In this document: in pieces, positions 45,274 through 56,270 of the stretch
Position numbering within the stretch: the stretch's first letter is position 1
Layout: the number at the start of each line of letters is the position of its first letter
Source of the DNA: Podarcis bocagei
Lineage: Eukaryota
Length of the DNA stretch: 64,000 bases
Reading direction: 5' to 3' (one strand)
Assembly: GCA_964188305.1 (NCBI GenBank)
Contig: OZ076889.1
Notes under the pieces: model-generated
Seen by the model: only the letters and a program-made list of their open reading frames with translations
Databases searched by the model: none
What the model was told of the DNA's origin: nothing
Made by a program: the position numbers and the translations under genes

Positions 45274-46473
45274 CTTGACTACTGTAATTCGCTCTATGCA
45301 GGGCTGCCTTTGAATCATAGAATCATAGAGTTAGAAGAGACCACAAGGGCCATCGAGTCCAACCCGCTGCCAAGCAGGAAACACCATCAGAGCACTCCTG
45401 ACATATGGTTGTCAAGCCTCTGCTTAAAGACCTCCAAAGAAGGAGACTCCACCACGCTCCTTGGCAGCAAATTCCACTGTCAAACAGCTCTTACTGTCAG
45501 GAAGTTCTTCCTAATGTTTAGGTGGAATCTTCTTTCTTGTAGTTTGGATCCATTGCTCCGTGTCCGCTTCTCTGGAGCAGCAGAAAACAACCTTTCTCCC
45601 TCCTCTATGTGACATCCTTTTATATATTTGAACATGGCTATCATATCACCCCTTAACCTCCTCTTCTCCAGGCTAAACATGCCCAGCTCCCTTAGCCGTT
45701 CCTCATAAGGCATCGTTTCCAGGCCTTTGACCATTTTGGTTGCCCTCCTCTGGACACGTTCCAGTTTGTCAGTGTCCTTCTTGAACTGTGGTGCCCAGAA
45801 CTGGACACAGTACTCCAGGTGAGGTCTGACCAGAGCAGAATACTGTCCCAGAAACTCCAGCGGGTGCAGAATGCTGCAGCGAGGCTCCTCACGGGGTCTC
45901 TGCCATGGGAGCATATTCACCCAGTGCTTTTCAAGCTGCACTGGCTCCCAGTGGAGTACAGGGTCAGATTTAAGGTGCTGCTTTTGACCTTTAAAGCCCT
46001 TCACGGCCTAGGACCCTCGTACCTACGGGACCGCCTCTCCCGGTCTGCCCCACAGAGAGCCTCAAGGTCCATAAATAGCAACACCCTAGTGGTCCCGGGC
46101 CCTAAGGAAGTTAGATTGGCTTCAACCAGAGCCAGGGCCTTTTCAGCACTGGCCCCGGCCTGGTGGAACGCTCTGTCTCATGAGACCAGGGCCCTGAGGG
46201 ATCTGATTTCTTTCCACAGGGCCTGTAAGACAAAGTTGTCTGCCTGGCCTTTGGCTTGGAGCTAATTTGATTCCCTCCCCCTCTTTCTTTTTCCTTTCTC
46301 CTGTGAAGAAGCTGCATCCTAATGTTTTGATGTTGTATTTTAATCTTGTTTTTTAAATTGTATTTTAATCAACTTGTTTTTATTATTGATTATAAATCAA
46401 TAATTTAGCCGCCCTGAGCCCAGTCTTGGCTGGGGAGGGCGGGGTATAAATAAAATTTATTACTACTACTACT
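45274..46473 (+). mobile_element. L2-clade LINE 3' portion, interrupted by CR1
   Basis: LDYCNSLYAGLPL before the CR1 and [28 protein letters not shown] after it; L2 terminus with (TAC)n tail. Confidence 0.8.
45316..45837 (-). mobile_element. CR1 LINE, 5'-truncated
   Basis: [23 protein letters not shown]...[12 protein letters not shown]; tail (ATTCTATG)-type; gaat on both flanks. Confidence 0.88.
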
Positions 46474-47694
46474 AACTGACCAGAGTGACTGTCAAAGTCA
46501 GTGTTTAAATCTAGTTCATTAGCAAAATTCTCAGTCTGTTCTGGGTTCCAAGGTACATAAGCAATCACAAGGTACACATGCCAGCAAATGTTTGCATTGG
46601 TTTGCTGCCAGATAATTTTAGAGTATCCTTTGCCTGCTCATCACAGTTTAGGTCTGATGTCCTGAATTACGTAGCTGGCTTTATTTGTGTAAGCAAAGGC
46701 ACATGGTTACCATTCACCTATGATTAGAAATTTGCATGATTAAATCAGTGAAGAGCATCTTTCTTTGCTGCAGATCTAGCACTCGTCAATATCAGTTCAA
46801 GGCAGCACATGATATTGCACTGGAACACACCATTGAAGGTGGGATAATATGTGTTCAGTGCTGGAAAATAATTGATTATCTTCCCCGGGCATTAAATATT
46901 TGGAAGTTCCCAAATTTCTGATAGGCAAGACTGAATTATGATTTGTATGAATTATGCAAATTGAGCAGCTTTGCATAATTCTTTTGCATAATTTATCATT
47001 GAGCAAAGAACTATAAGGGCAATGAAGTTTTGCTGCCAATGATTTCAAATATCAGCCATCCCTCTGGTTTTTGATATTTCAGCAGGCATTTGTCACTTAG
47101 TTTTGGTTGTTCCTTTAAAGACAAACAGAAACTTGCTAGGTTTTTTTAAAAAAAGGAAAGCTGGATTTCTCATGAAGGATTCTGCACCCAGTAAAATATT
47201 TTGCACTTTGTGCTCTAACGAACAAGGCAGTTTCAGGAATTATTGGGAAAACACGGCTAATTCAGTCAGTAAGTAATCACGTTTGCATGAGGGCCCACAA
47301 CACTAGTATAGCATTTTAATTAACAAACTACAGTCTAAGTGCCTTCAAGCACTGAATGATGTGTTATTTGAGGTGCTGGGACAAACCCTATTTTTAAAAT
47401 GACGTTCCCCAGGTGTTTTCCTTTTTATTTTTCTAGTCAATTTACTGAGTTCCTTCACAAATTTGCAAATACGTCCTTGCTTCCCACTTGCACTGTATTT
47501 ATTTTGCACAGTATGTTCTAAGCATCTCTGTTGTGTAACAAAAGAACTGGGCAAAAGTCTTCGCTGCATTTCCTTTTCTCACACAATTGTTTGAGCACTC
47601 TTATGATGGTTGCTAGAACCATCTGTTTTTATCCAGAAATGTGACCCCATGTTTTCAGTCAATAATGCATGTTTTTTCCTTTGGTTTTCTTAAG

Positions 47695-47775
47695 AAATCG
47701 CTGCTGGAGAAACCATCAGATCTAATGTCTCAGTCATCTTCTTTCCTGTCGCTCACGGGCTTCTCTCTTAATCAG
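47695..47775 (+). CDS. SMG7: SMG7 exon 19 (KSLLEKPSDLMSQSSSFLSLTGFSLNQ)
   Basis: cttaag|AAA...CAG|gtaatt, 81 bp. Confidence 0.94.
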
Positions 47776-49536
47776 GTAATTAACTATAGAGGTTGCTTCT
47801 CTCTCTTTTTGGACAGTGCCATCAGTTCACGTGTTAATTTTTGTAGGAGTCTGGACTAAGCTTCTTCAGATGGGAATCTCATGTTGGAGGAGGGGAAGAA
47901 TTTCAATATAAATCCTTGCCTAGTGCTGACAGTTCTGGGTTAGGGCGTTTCTTTCTGATAGGCTACTTCTTTAATTGCCTAACATTTGGAGAACTCTGTT
48001 GTGTGACATGCACACCATTCTACAACCTGAAGTGGTGCACTGCAAACACAAGCTTATCACCTCATGTACTGGGTAATAATCTCTCACAACTTTTAATACA
48101 ATTTTGAAGAAAGCTTCACAACCTGAGTCATGTGGTATTTCAATTGCTGATTTTTTTAATGTATTTTTTCCTTGGTTTTAATGTATGGTTGTAAGTCACT
48201 TTGAGTTTCCTTGGACAAGAAAAAGTTATTAACAAATATAATGAGTAAATTAAAATAAATAATAATACAAAGAATTGCAATTTGATGCTTTAACTTCAGT
48301 CTAATATGTTCATGTTAGGTTTTTTGGTTTTTTTATTCTGCAATTTGCAATTGGCTCATCGGCTAATTGTTCAAGGAAAAGATTTAAGAAATAAGGGAGG
48401 AAAAAGCCCTACGTGCTCCCAGGAGTGGGCCTGGGTGATATATTGGTATGAGTAGCAGACCACAATGTCTGCTTCCCTCAGCGGAGATCTCTGGTGAAAC
48501 AGCCACTGCTAGCAGCGCCTCTGGAGGGAGTCAAGAGCTCCTTTGGCGAGGTGCCGATCCAGCTTCTTCCTCCTTCTGCATCTTTAAACTGCTCGGCTGA
48601 GGAGTGTGCAGCTGCCCTTGCCTCAGGCAAGCAGTTAAGAGACACCCCAGCTCAGGGGCTGGCCCATCAAGCCGGCAGCTGTGAAACTGCTCAGCTGAGG
48701 GGAGCAGGGTGGCGCAAACAAGCTGCGTTGTCCCAGCCTGCGTGAAACTCTCTCAGCTCTTGAGGGAAGAGCTGGGGCAGTTTCCCCTGGTGTCTCGTGG
48801 GCAGAGGCCAATGCTTCTTGTCCATGATGTTTGGCTGGCGATACACCGCAGTGTTGAAATGCTGATAGCGCCCAGCCATACTCGGGAGCCTCTTCCCTGC
48901 ATTTCTCTGTGTGAGTCACTGTTCTGATTGAGTTTCTAAGGAGCAGGTAATTCCCCAGCTCACACCTGCCAGAGAATTTCATTTTCCCAAAGCAGAACTA
49001 TTTCAGATGAAGCAAAACATCTGTAAACATTGCATTTGCCATTTCAAACCACAAACCACATGTTCACCACCATTTTGTTTCTGTATTATTATTATTTTTA
49101 AATCCTCTTTTTAAAAATTGGGAACTTGGGTGTTGTTGTTTTTCTAATACCTCCAAATAGTTAAAATGATTAAAGGTACAAGGCTGTGTTATATCCATGT
49201 GCTGTGCTAGAATTTCCAGTGTGGTTCTAATGTGTGATTCAGGACACATGAAGTTGTGATAACTATGTCTTATCACCCAGAATTCCTTGATTCTTTTTGA
49301 AAAGATTTCCTTAAAAAAATGTAGTGAAATGCAAAAATAGTTCTGTGTCTTTAATAACAGTAAAAATCCTTTGTTAAATGGCATGTTTCTCGAGCTGTGA
49401 GAGCTGTAACATTTGCTTGCCAGCTTAGGTATATCTTCCCTGATTTTGACAGAAAAACTTACTTCACTGCCCAAATGCAATAATGTATTGGATAGGTCTA
49501 GGGAGCAGGTTTAATTTTCATCTCTTGCTCTTGCAG

Positions 49537-49693
49537 GAAAGATACCCAAACAGCATGTTCAATGAGGTTTATGGGAAAAACCTCAATGCCAGCACAAAAC
49601 CAGAGGTTGCTCCATCAGTGGCTCACCAGGAGACTTCACTCTACTCCCTCTTTGAAGGTACTCCATGGTCTCCATCTCTTCCAGCCAGTTCAG
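49537..49693 (+). CDS. SMG7: SMG7 exon 20 (ERYPNSMFNEVYGKNL...LYSLFEGTPWSPSLPASSD)
   Basis: ttgcag|GAA...TCAG|gtaata, 157 bp. Confidence 0.95.
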
Positions 49694-50189
49694 GTAATAC
49701 ACTTTCATATATGTATAACATATATTCAGATTTTTCACTAACTAGTTCAGAACCCAAGGGTGGTTTGACTTTCTTCTGTGCAGTCACACAACCCACCCTC
49801 TTTCCTTGCTGCCCATGTCCATTTTATCACTTGCTGTATTTTCTGGGAAGTGAACTGAACAGAATGCCATTTCCCCCACTCCGCATGGCCTAGCATTGGC
49901 AATTTTTTTACTTGAAAGGACAGGCAATAAGTACCAATTTGTAAGGAAGGTTTAGCTCTAGAAAGTTCCAAAGGTGCGGAACAATTATGCCTTGACCAAA
50001 GAGTTTCCCACTCAAAGATTGGTCATGTCAGCTACTTGTTTTGTCATGTAAGCATTATAAATCCATTTCCCAAATTGCTACAATTTCAGTTTTGTTAGTC
50101 TGCTTGATATGTAAGAATGCTGCAATGAAGAAACGAAGCCAGGCAAAGACTCAAAAGACAGCAGTGAGAAGTCTTCTTCTTTTAGATGG

Positions 50190-50885
50190 CAGTTAAATGA
50201 CATGATATTACACAACACAGAAATTGTAAATAAGGGGCAACGCTCCCTACAAGAGTTTTTTTACCTCAACCTTAACAAAGAAACAGATTTAAATATAGTA
50301 TGGGATACTAGTGAGGCAGTAATGAGAGGTTTTTTTAATCAAACAAATACCAAAAAGAGGGGGGGATGACAAGAGATTTTGAACACATTAATTATCAAAG
50401 AGAAGGAATTAAATATAAAACCAGAGAATAAAGAAACTGCAGACTACCGAATTATTACAAGCAAAATTCTCAATGTTGGTGAAGCAAGAGATTGAAATGA
50501 AAATGAAATTAATGAAACAAAAAAACTTTGAATCTGCAAATAAGCCAGGTAAATTGTTGGCTTGGCAACTTAAAAAGGAAAGGAAAAATAAGATAATAAA
50601 TAAAATTACTGATGAAGGGAAACATTTGATAAGCCTGAAAGAAATAAGAAAGGTATTTGTAAAATTTTACACAGCATTATATTGGTGTGCGAAGGAAGAT
50701 CCTGAGAAAATTGAATCTTATGTAAACGGCTGTAATATACCTAAAGTTTCTAAAGAGGATTTGAGAACGTTAAATGCATCCATATCAATGTTGGAACTGC
50801 AGTTGGAGATAAGTTGAATGAAGATGGATAAAGCACCAGGCCCAGATGGAACTACTGCAATTTAATATAAAAAGTTCAAAGATGT
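50190..50885 (+). mobile_element. L1-clade ORF2 fragment
   Basis: WDTSEAVMRG, FESANKPGKLLAWQLK and KAPGPDG motifs, with stops and frameshifts. Confidence 0.75.
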
Positions 50886-50965
50886 GTGTGTAGACTCGAA
50901 AAACAGCAATCTGTGCTTTTGGGGGTATTGTGTTGACTTTGTTCTCTAACCTTCTGTTCTAATAG

Positions 50966-51136
50966 ATCATTCAACACCAGCTAGCCAGTCTCCTCATTCC
51001 TCTAACCCAAGCAGCTTGCCAAGCTCTCCTCCAACCCACAACCACAATTCTGTTCCATTTTCCAACTTTGGGCCCATTGGGACTCCAGACAACAGGGATC
51101 GGAGGGTCGCAGATCGATGGAAGACTGATAAGCCAG
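50966..51136 (+). CDS. SMG7: SMG7 exon 21 (HSTPASQSPHSSNPSSLPSSPPTHNHNSVPFSNFGPIGTPDNRDRRVADRWKTDKP)
   Basis: taatag|AT...CCAG|gtgagc, 171 bp. Confidence 0.95.
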
Positions 51137-51215
51137 GTGAGCAGGAGGTTCTAGCATGAGGTATCATTTCAGTGGTTTGTTGGATCACTTGCTTGTTAAC
51201 CTTTCTCCCTTTCAG

Positions 51216-51364
51216 CAATGGGAGGATTTGGCCTGGACTATCTCCCAGCAACATCTTCCTCATCAGAGAGTAGCTGGCACCCAGCCAGCACTCCCAGTGG
51301 TACCTGGTCAGCCCATGGCCCGTCTGTAGAGGATTCGTCAGCTGTGCTTATGGAAAGCCTGAAG
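51216..51364 (+). CDS. SMG7: SMG7 exon 22 (AMGGFGLDYLPATSSSSESSW...AVLMESLK)
   Basis: tttcag|CA...AAG|gtaggt, 149 bp; preceded by a 79-nt intron. Confidence 0.95.
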
Positions 51365-52717
51365 GTAGGTTATATATTGGGGCACCAGGACAAAACATTG
51401 CAAGAGTCATTTGGAAGGTTGAGCTGGTGGTTTTGCTTCTTACTGCAAAATAATACAAATGTTCCTTCCGCTGACAACATCTTGAGAACCTAGGAAGAGC
51501 CACCTGTTCCAGCTCCCTTTATTCCACAGTGGCCACCCACATAGTGATGGGAAGCCCACAAGCAAGAAAGGAGAGGGCAACAGCGCTCTCCAGTGTTATT
51601 TCCCAGTGACTGGTATTCCGTGGGCATCTTGCATTCTTCCACAAGAACTATATTCTGGACTGGTTGTTGATTAAAACTTGGGTAGTCAAGCCTTAATTAC
51701 AGATTTAGACTCCTCTTTTAGGTATCAACATGTTTTATTGCTTTCCTGATCATTTTTATATGGATAAGCTATTCTGACAAAGAATTTAAATTATTTTGTG
51801 ATGGCTAATTCTTCTTTTTAACTGCTTTTCAAAATAGTAAGTTAGTGGGGCGCTATTGCATTATTGAGTATTCCCTGTTCAAGATTTTAGCTGCTGTATT
51901 CCTCTTCTCTTCCTTCAACATCAGCCCACATTTCATGGCCACTGAGCATGCTTAGTTTGAATTGAGGATTCCCCCTCCTCAAGGTTTTATTTTAAAATGT
52001 ACTCCTGCAAGTCTGCTGATACCTTCCCCCTTGTGCATAAGTGCTGCAGTTTGACTACAACAACACTTCCATTCACAACCTGAACATCTGAAATAGTATT
52101 ATTGTCCTGGTTGATGCCTGATTCTTAAGAGGCCATGTTTTGAGTTTAGCAAGAGCTGAAAGGCCAATAGCATTTGCTCTGTCCACTAATGTGCTCCCAT
52201 TTGAACTGAGACATCAGTGGGCTCCTTAAATCACTTCCCTGGAGAGTATACAGCAGTAGGAAATTGAGGAAGAGCCCTCTCCTAATTATTCAACTGAGTC
52301 ACTCACTCAGACTAAGGCAAAAGGCTGGACAGAGGTGGTAGAGCAGGGATGAGGAACCACCCCACCCCACCCCAAAGTTGTTGAACTTCAACTCCCATTA
52401 GCTTTAGCCAGTGTGGCCAGAAACAAAGGTTGAAGTGCTCATTTCTGTTTACACTGGGGATGATGCAGTTAAAGACCTGTTTGCCTGTACCTTGCCTCAT
52501 GAAAGCAGTTGAGGGTGCTGCAAAGTAGGCGGGGAATTGGGATGGGAGACTACACTGGGGGTGGGGGGAAGCCGGTTGCCTACTGTTGCAGTACTGTAGA
52601 AATGAGAGGGGGTGACGAGAGCATGGAAGAAAGTTCACTTACTTTGACCGTTTTGGCATTTTCTCTTGCTACTTTCGCTTTCACGTTAGCGGATGTTTGG
52701 TGTGTGCTTCTTTTTAG

Positions 52718-52831
52718 TCTATCTGGTCCAGTTCGATGATGCACCCTGGACCTTCTGCCCTGGAGCAGCTGCTGATGCAGCAGAAGCAGAAGCAGCAACG
52801 TGGGCAAGGTGCCATGAATCCACCGCACTGA
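52718..52831 (+). CDS. SMG7: SMG7 last coding exon (SIWSSSMMHPGPSALEQLLMQQKQKQQRGQGAMNPPH*)
   Basis: ttttag|TCT...CAC TGA; matches the canonical SMG7 C-terminus. Confidence 0.96.
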   Translation, partial: SIWSSSMMHPGPSALEQLLMQQKQKQQRGQGAMNPPH

Positions 52832-54195
52832 GAACGAAAGGGTGGCAACCTTTGCAACCGAAAAGCTCCATACATCATGGCATGTTGGGTTTGCAGGACT
52901 GTCTCACACGGCCCTGTGCGCGTGGCAGCCCTCTCTTCTGTTCCTTGCCGTCAGGAGGGCGTAAGTGCTCCACCAACCCACTGAGTGTGCACGGAAATGT
53001 CTGCAGTGCAACGGAAAACCAACACCAGGAACTCTCCCATCCCTCCGGGGCCCTCTGGAGGGAGAGAGGGACTGCTGTTTGTCTCACGGTAACCCGATAT
53101 CACCGCCTCTCACCTTCTCCATCGTGCATGTCCCCAGCCATGTGGGAAAATAAAATGCTGAGAATGAAGAGCAGATGGGAGAAGCCACTGAGAACTTCTC
53201 GATCCTCCTCCTCAGTTCTGGGGAAACCAATAGGAGTCTATTACCGATAGCTTTGCTGACTGAGAATGTAGTTGAAATTTATTCCTATTATTACTCTCTC
53301 AGTTGTAAGGCCACACTGAATTCTTCCATACACAGATGTGCTTTGTAGTCAGTGTGTAGCAACCCCTCCAGTCGCTGGTCCAGCCCGAGGTGGGTGGGGA
53401 TAGATTGGGTGGGGGTGCTAGCGTCAGTCTCCCAAGTTAGGTAAGGAGTTTTGTGAAGGAGAATCTGCCCCCTCCAGCACCACTTCCACCTTTTTCTCAG
53501 AGGTTGTCCCTGGAAGAACCCCAAGCGGGAGAGATTCCAGCACTGAAGTGCAGTGGTCACTGCAGGGCTCTCCGTTAGGGCAAGCAAACCACTGCTACGG
53601 GGTTTTAAGTTAAATGGTTCAGATTCCTGTACATTTTATGATAGTGTAGTGACCAGCCTCATGAAATGGCAAGCTGGTCTGTGCATTCACAGCCTGACTC
53701 CCTTTTTATGTAGGTAGATAAAAAGCTTTGTGTCTTTCCCCCCACCCTACCCCACCCCCTTTCTCCCTTCCCCTTCTTCCCCTTTCCATGCTGGTTGCTT
53801 GTAGTTTTGTTCTTCATATACAGCATCCCACAGTCATAGCAGGATAATGGGGAGTAAAAGAGCTAGTCTGGACAAGGATGATGTGTGCAATCCCTCTCCC
53901 TAGAGGTGTAGGCCCACTCCACAGGCCTGCACACACCTGTAGCCACAAGGTTTTTGGAACGGAAGTTCAAGGCAGCAGAGGACACATCACATGGAACCCG
54001 CGCACAGAAGCCAACCGTCCTACTTGCCCCTACAAGGGTGCACAATGGGGACAAAGGGTTCCACTGGATATATTTATTTGCGCAGAAGGAAGACTGCAAA
54101 TCTTCTTGCATAGGATAAAAGGACAGCATTTATTTTTGTTTCCCAGCGTAGTTACGGAAGCAACCTAAATACAAGAAACTGCTGCAGTCGCAGGA

Positions 54196-54228
<33 letters not shown>
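54196..54228. repeat. (GT)n(GC)n repeat in SMG7 3' UTR
   Basis: Visible tandem repeat. Confidence 0.9.
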
Positions 54229-54229
<1 letters not shown>

Positions 54230-54762
54230 CTGTCAGTTCAGGATCTGCAAGCTGGGAAATGGCTGCAGAGCAAAGCACATCCAGGGTCCAGAGGGGACAT
54301 TGTGGAGTCGGGGAGCAGCCCCATATAGACTTGATATAAAAGGGAAGATGTATGCATAGTGCTCTGTCTAGGATAGGAATTGGACCCCCTTTGCCTCCCC
54401 ATGCTAGCAGTGTTGCTGCTCTGCATCACATCTCTAAACGATGTTCCTCCGAAGCAAAAGTCTCAAGGATTAAGTTCCTGCCCTGGTTGTAATCTTCAGC
54501 TGAGACCCTCTGTGCTTATTTGATGCCCTGTCCCTGCTTCCAGCCCACCCTTCTTCCAGTTTGTGTATTTGAGCTGTGCATCGAGGCAGCTGCAACATTC
54601 CAGCGTTTGAACCACCACCGATTCTTGCACCCTAGGCAACCTGACCAGGTTCCTCAGCAGCGCCAGAGTCCCAGCCCATAGGCTCCTATTTCTGCATGAG
54701 AAGTCTGGTGTTTAGAATGTTTTTCTTGATCTTTTGAGCAGGGCTCCCTATTCTCCTCCCCC

Positions 54763-54764
<2 letters not shown>

Positions 54765-54806
<42 letters not shown>
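54765..54806. repeat. (AC)21 repeat in SMG7 3' UTR
   Basis: Visible tandem repeat. Confidence 0.9.
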
Positions 54807-54809
<3 letters not shown>

Positions 54810-54938
54810 TGTCAGGAGCCTCAAGGGAAGGGAAGATCCTCCCCCCCAGCAGAGAAAACTGGTTTGTGTCGTAAGCTTCTTTTGTGTTTTTGTCTGTCTG
54901 TGCGAGACCTGCAGCTGCTGAACTCAGCTTTGCCTTTA

Positions 54939-54944
54939 ATTAAA
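54939..54944 (+). terminator. Likely distal SMG7 polyadenylation signal (ATTAAA); proximal AATAAA at 53149-53154
   Basis: Hexamer followed by a GT/T-rich downstream stretch; gives a ~2.1 kb UTR. Confidence 0.55.
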
Positions 54945-55388
54945 CCATGTTCTCTACAGCCAGCCTTGTGTAGTTACATCTTCTTTCACCACTGAGCTGC
55001 AATTGAAAACTGTATTGTTTCTCCGCCCCCCAAAAGAGGAAGTGCTAAATTATGGTATCTTGCTCTGTTCAGTAGTGAAAGGGGTTTATAGTGCAATGAA
55101 AGCTTTGACTGCACTTAAGCATCTAGGTGGGGACAAGTCCAGAGCAGACTAGGTTGCAGCCTCGATGCCAAGCAAAATATTAGCTCCTGTTTGATTTCAG
55201 TTGGTGATGACAAAATGCTAGAGGCATACACATTACTAAATAGTTTTCCAGAACTTGGATACTATAAATATCTAATGTTAACTCTTTGGAACTGGAGTGA
55301 AAATGCCAGCCCTTTTTACTAAGGAGTCATTTCATGATTTCTTTAAATCTGAGTGGTAATACAGAGACACACTATAGAGCAATGCAGT

Positions 55389-55394
55389 TTTATT
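55389..55394 (-). terminator. Candidate NCF2 polyadenylation signal (AATAAA); another at 55476-55481
   Basis: tttatt on the + strand about 0.7 kb after the NCF2 stop. Confidence 0.5.
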
Positions 55395-56160
55395 GATAAA
55401 ATAACAGAACTGCAGCTTTTTTGTGGAAACTTCAAACATCTAAAAGTTACTGAGAGCTTTACTGGCTTTCAAGGATTTATTAAGCATTTCAAAATGTAGC
55501 TGTCATTCTGGAAAGGCATTGCAGAGTAACTAAACCGCTGATTATTAATCACCTGGAAGCTGAATTCTTGTAAACCAACTTTTCATGACTGTTAACTAGG
55601 ATTCCCAGGTTGTATCCCAGAGACACACATGCAGTTAAGAAAAACAACCAAAACTCTTTGGCCGCAGGACATGAGAGGCCTTGTAGCTTCTCCTGCACCT
55701 TTTGTTTCATCTTGAATAAGGTGCCCTGATTGATAAATAAGGTGTTACCCTTATAACAGCAAGAGGATGCAGAACAGACTTCAGAAGCCAAGGGTGATTC
55801 ACCTTAGATAATTTAAAGCTGTGTGCATGTCCTCTATAGACCTGGGAACCCCTACCAGAAACTGAAATGGACAACCATGATGTCTGCTATTGCTGTAACT
55901 ATTATGACTGGACATAGAAGGATCAACCCAACAGTTTTTTCATATAACCAATTTGGCTCATGCCTTAGCTAGGAGATGAGTTTTTAAAAACCCAGTGCAG
56001 ACCTCAATGGATATTCATTTAAGCAGAATATAATTTTTTTAAAAAACCCAATCCCTAGAAGATTCAGCAAACATGGATGAAATGTCTTATAATGGGATGA
56101 GTTGCCTTCAGAGGAAAACGCATCGGGGTCCTCTCGGTTCTTTGTAGGGTTTTGAGCTTG

Positions 56161-56270
56161 TTACACTGTAGAAAGAGATTTGGGATCTTGGCTGCTGTCT
56201 TCTTCAACAAAGGCTGTGGGGAAAATGCCAACTTTTCCATTGCACTCCCCTTCCAGCCAATCATCATTCA
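56161..56270 (-). CDS. NCF2: NCF2 last coding exon ([36 protein letters not shown]), end of C-terminal SH3
   Basis: ttctag|TG AAT...GTG TAA; SH3 W..G...G.FP motif. Confidence 0.92.
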
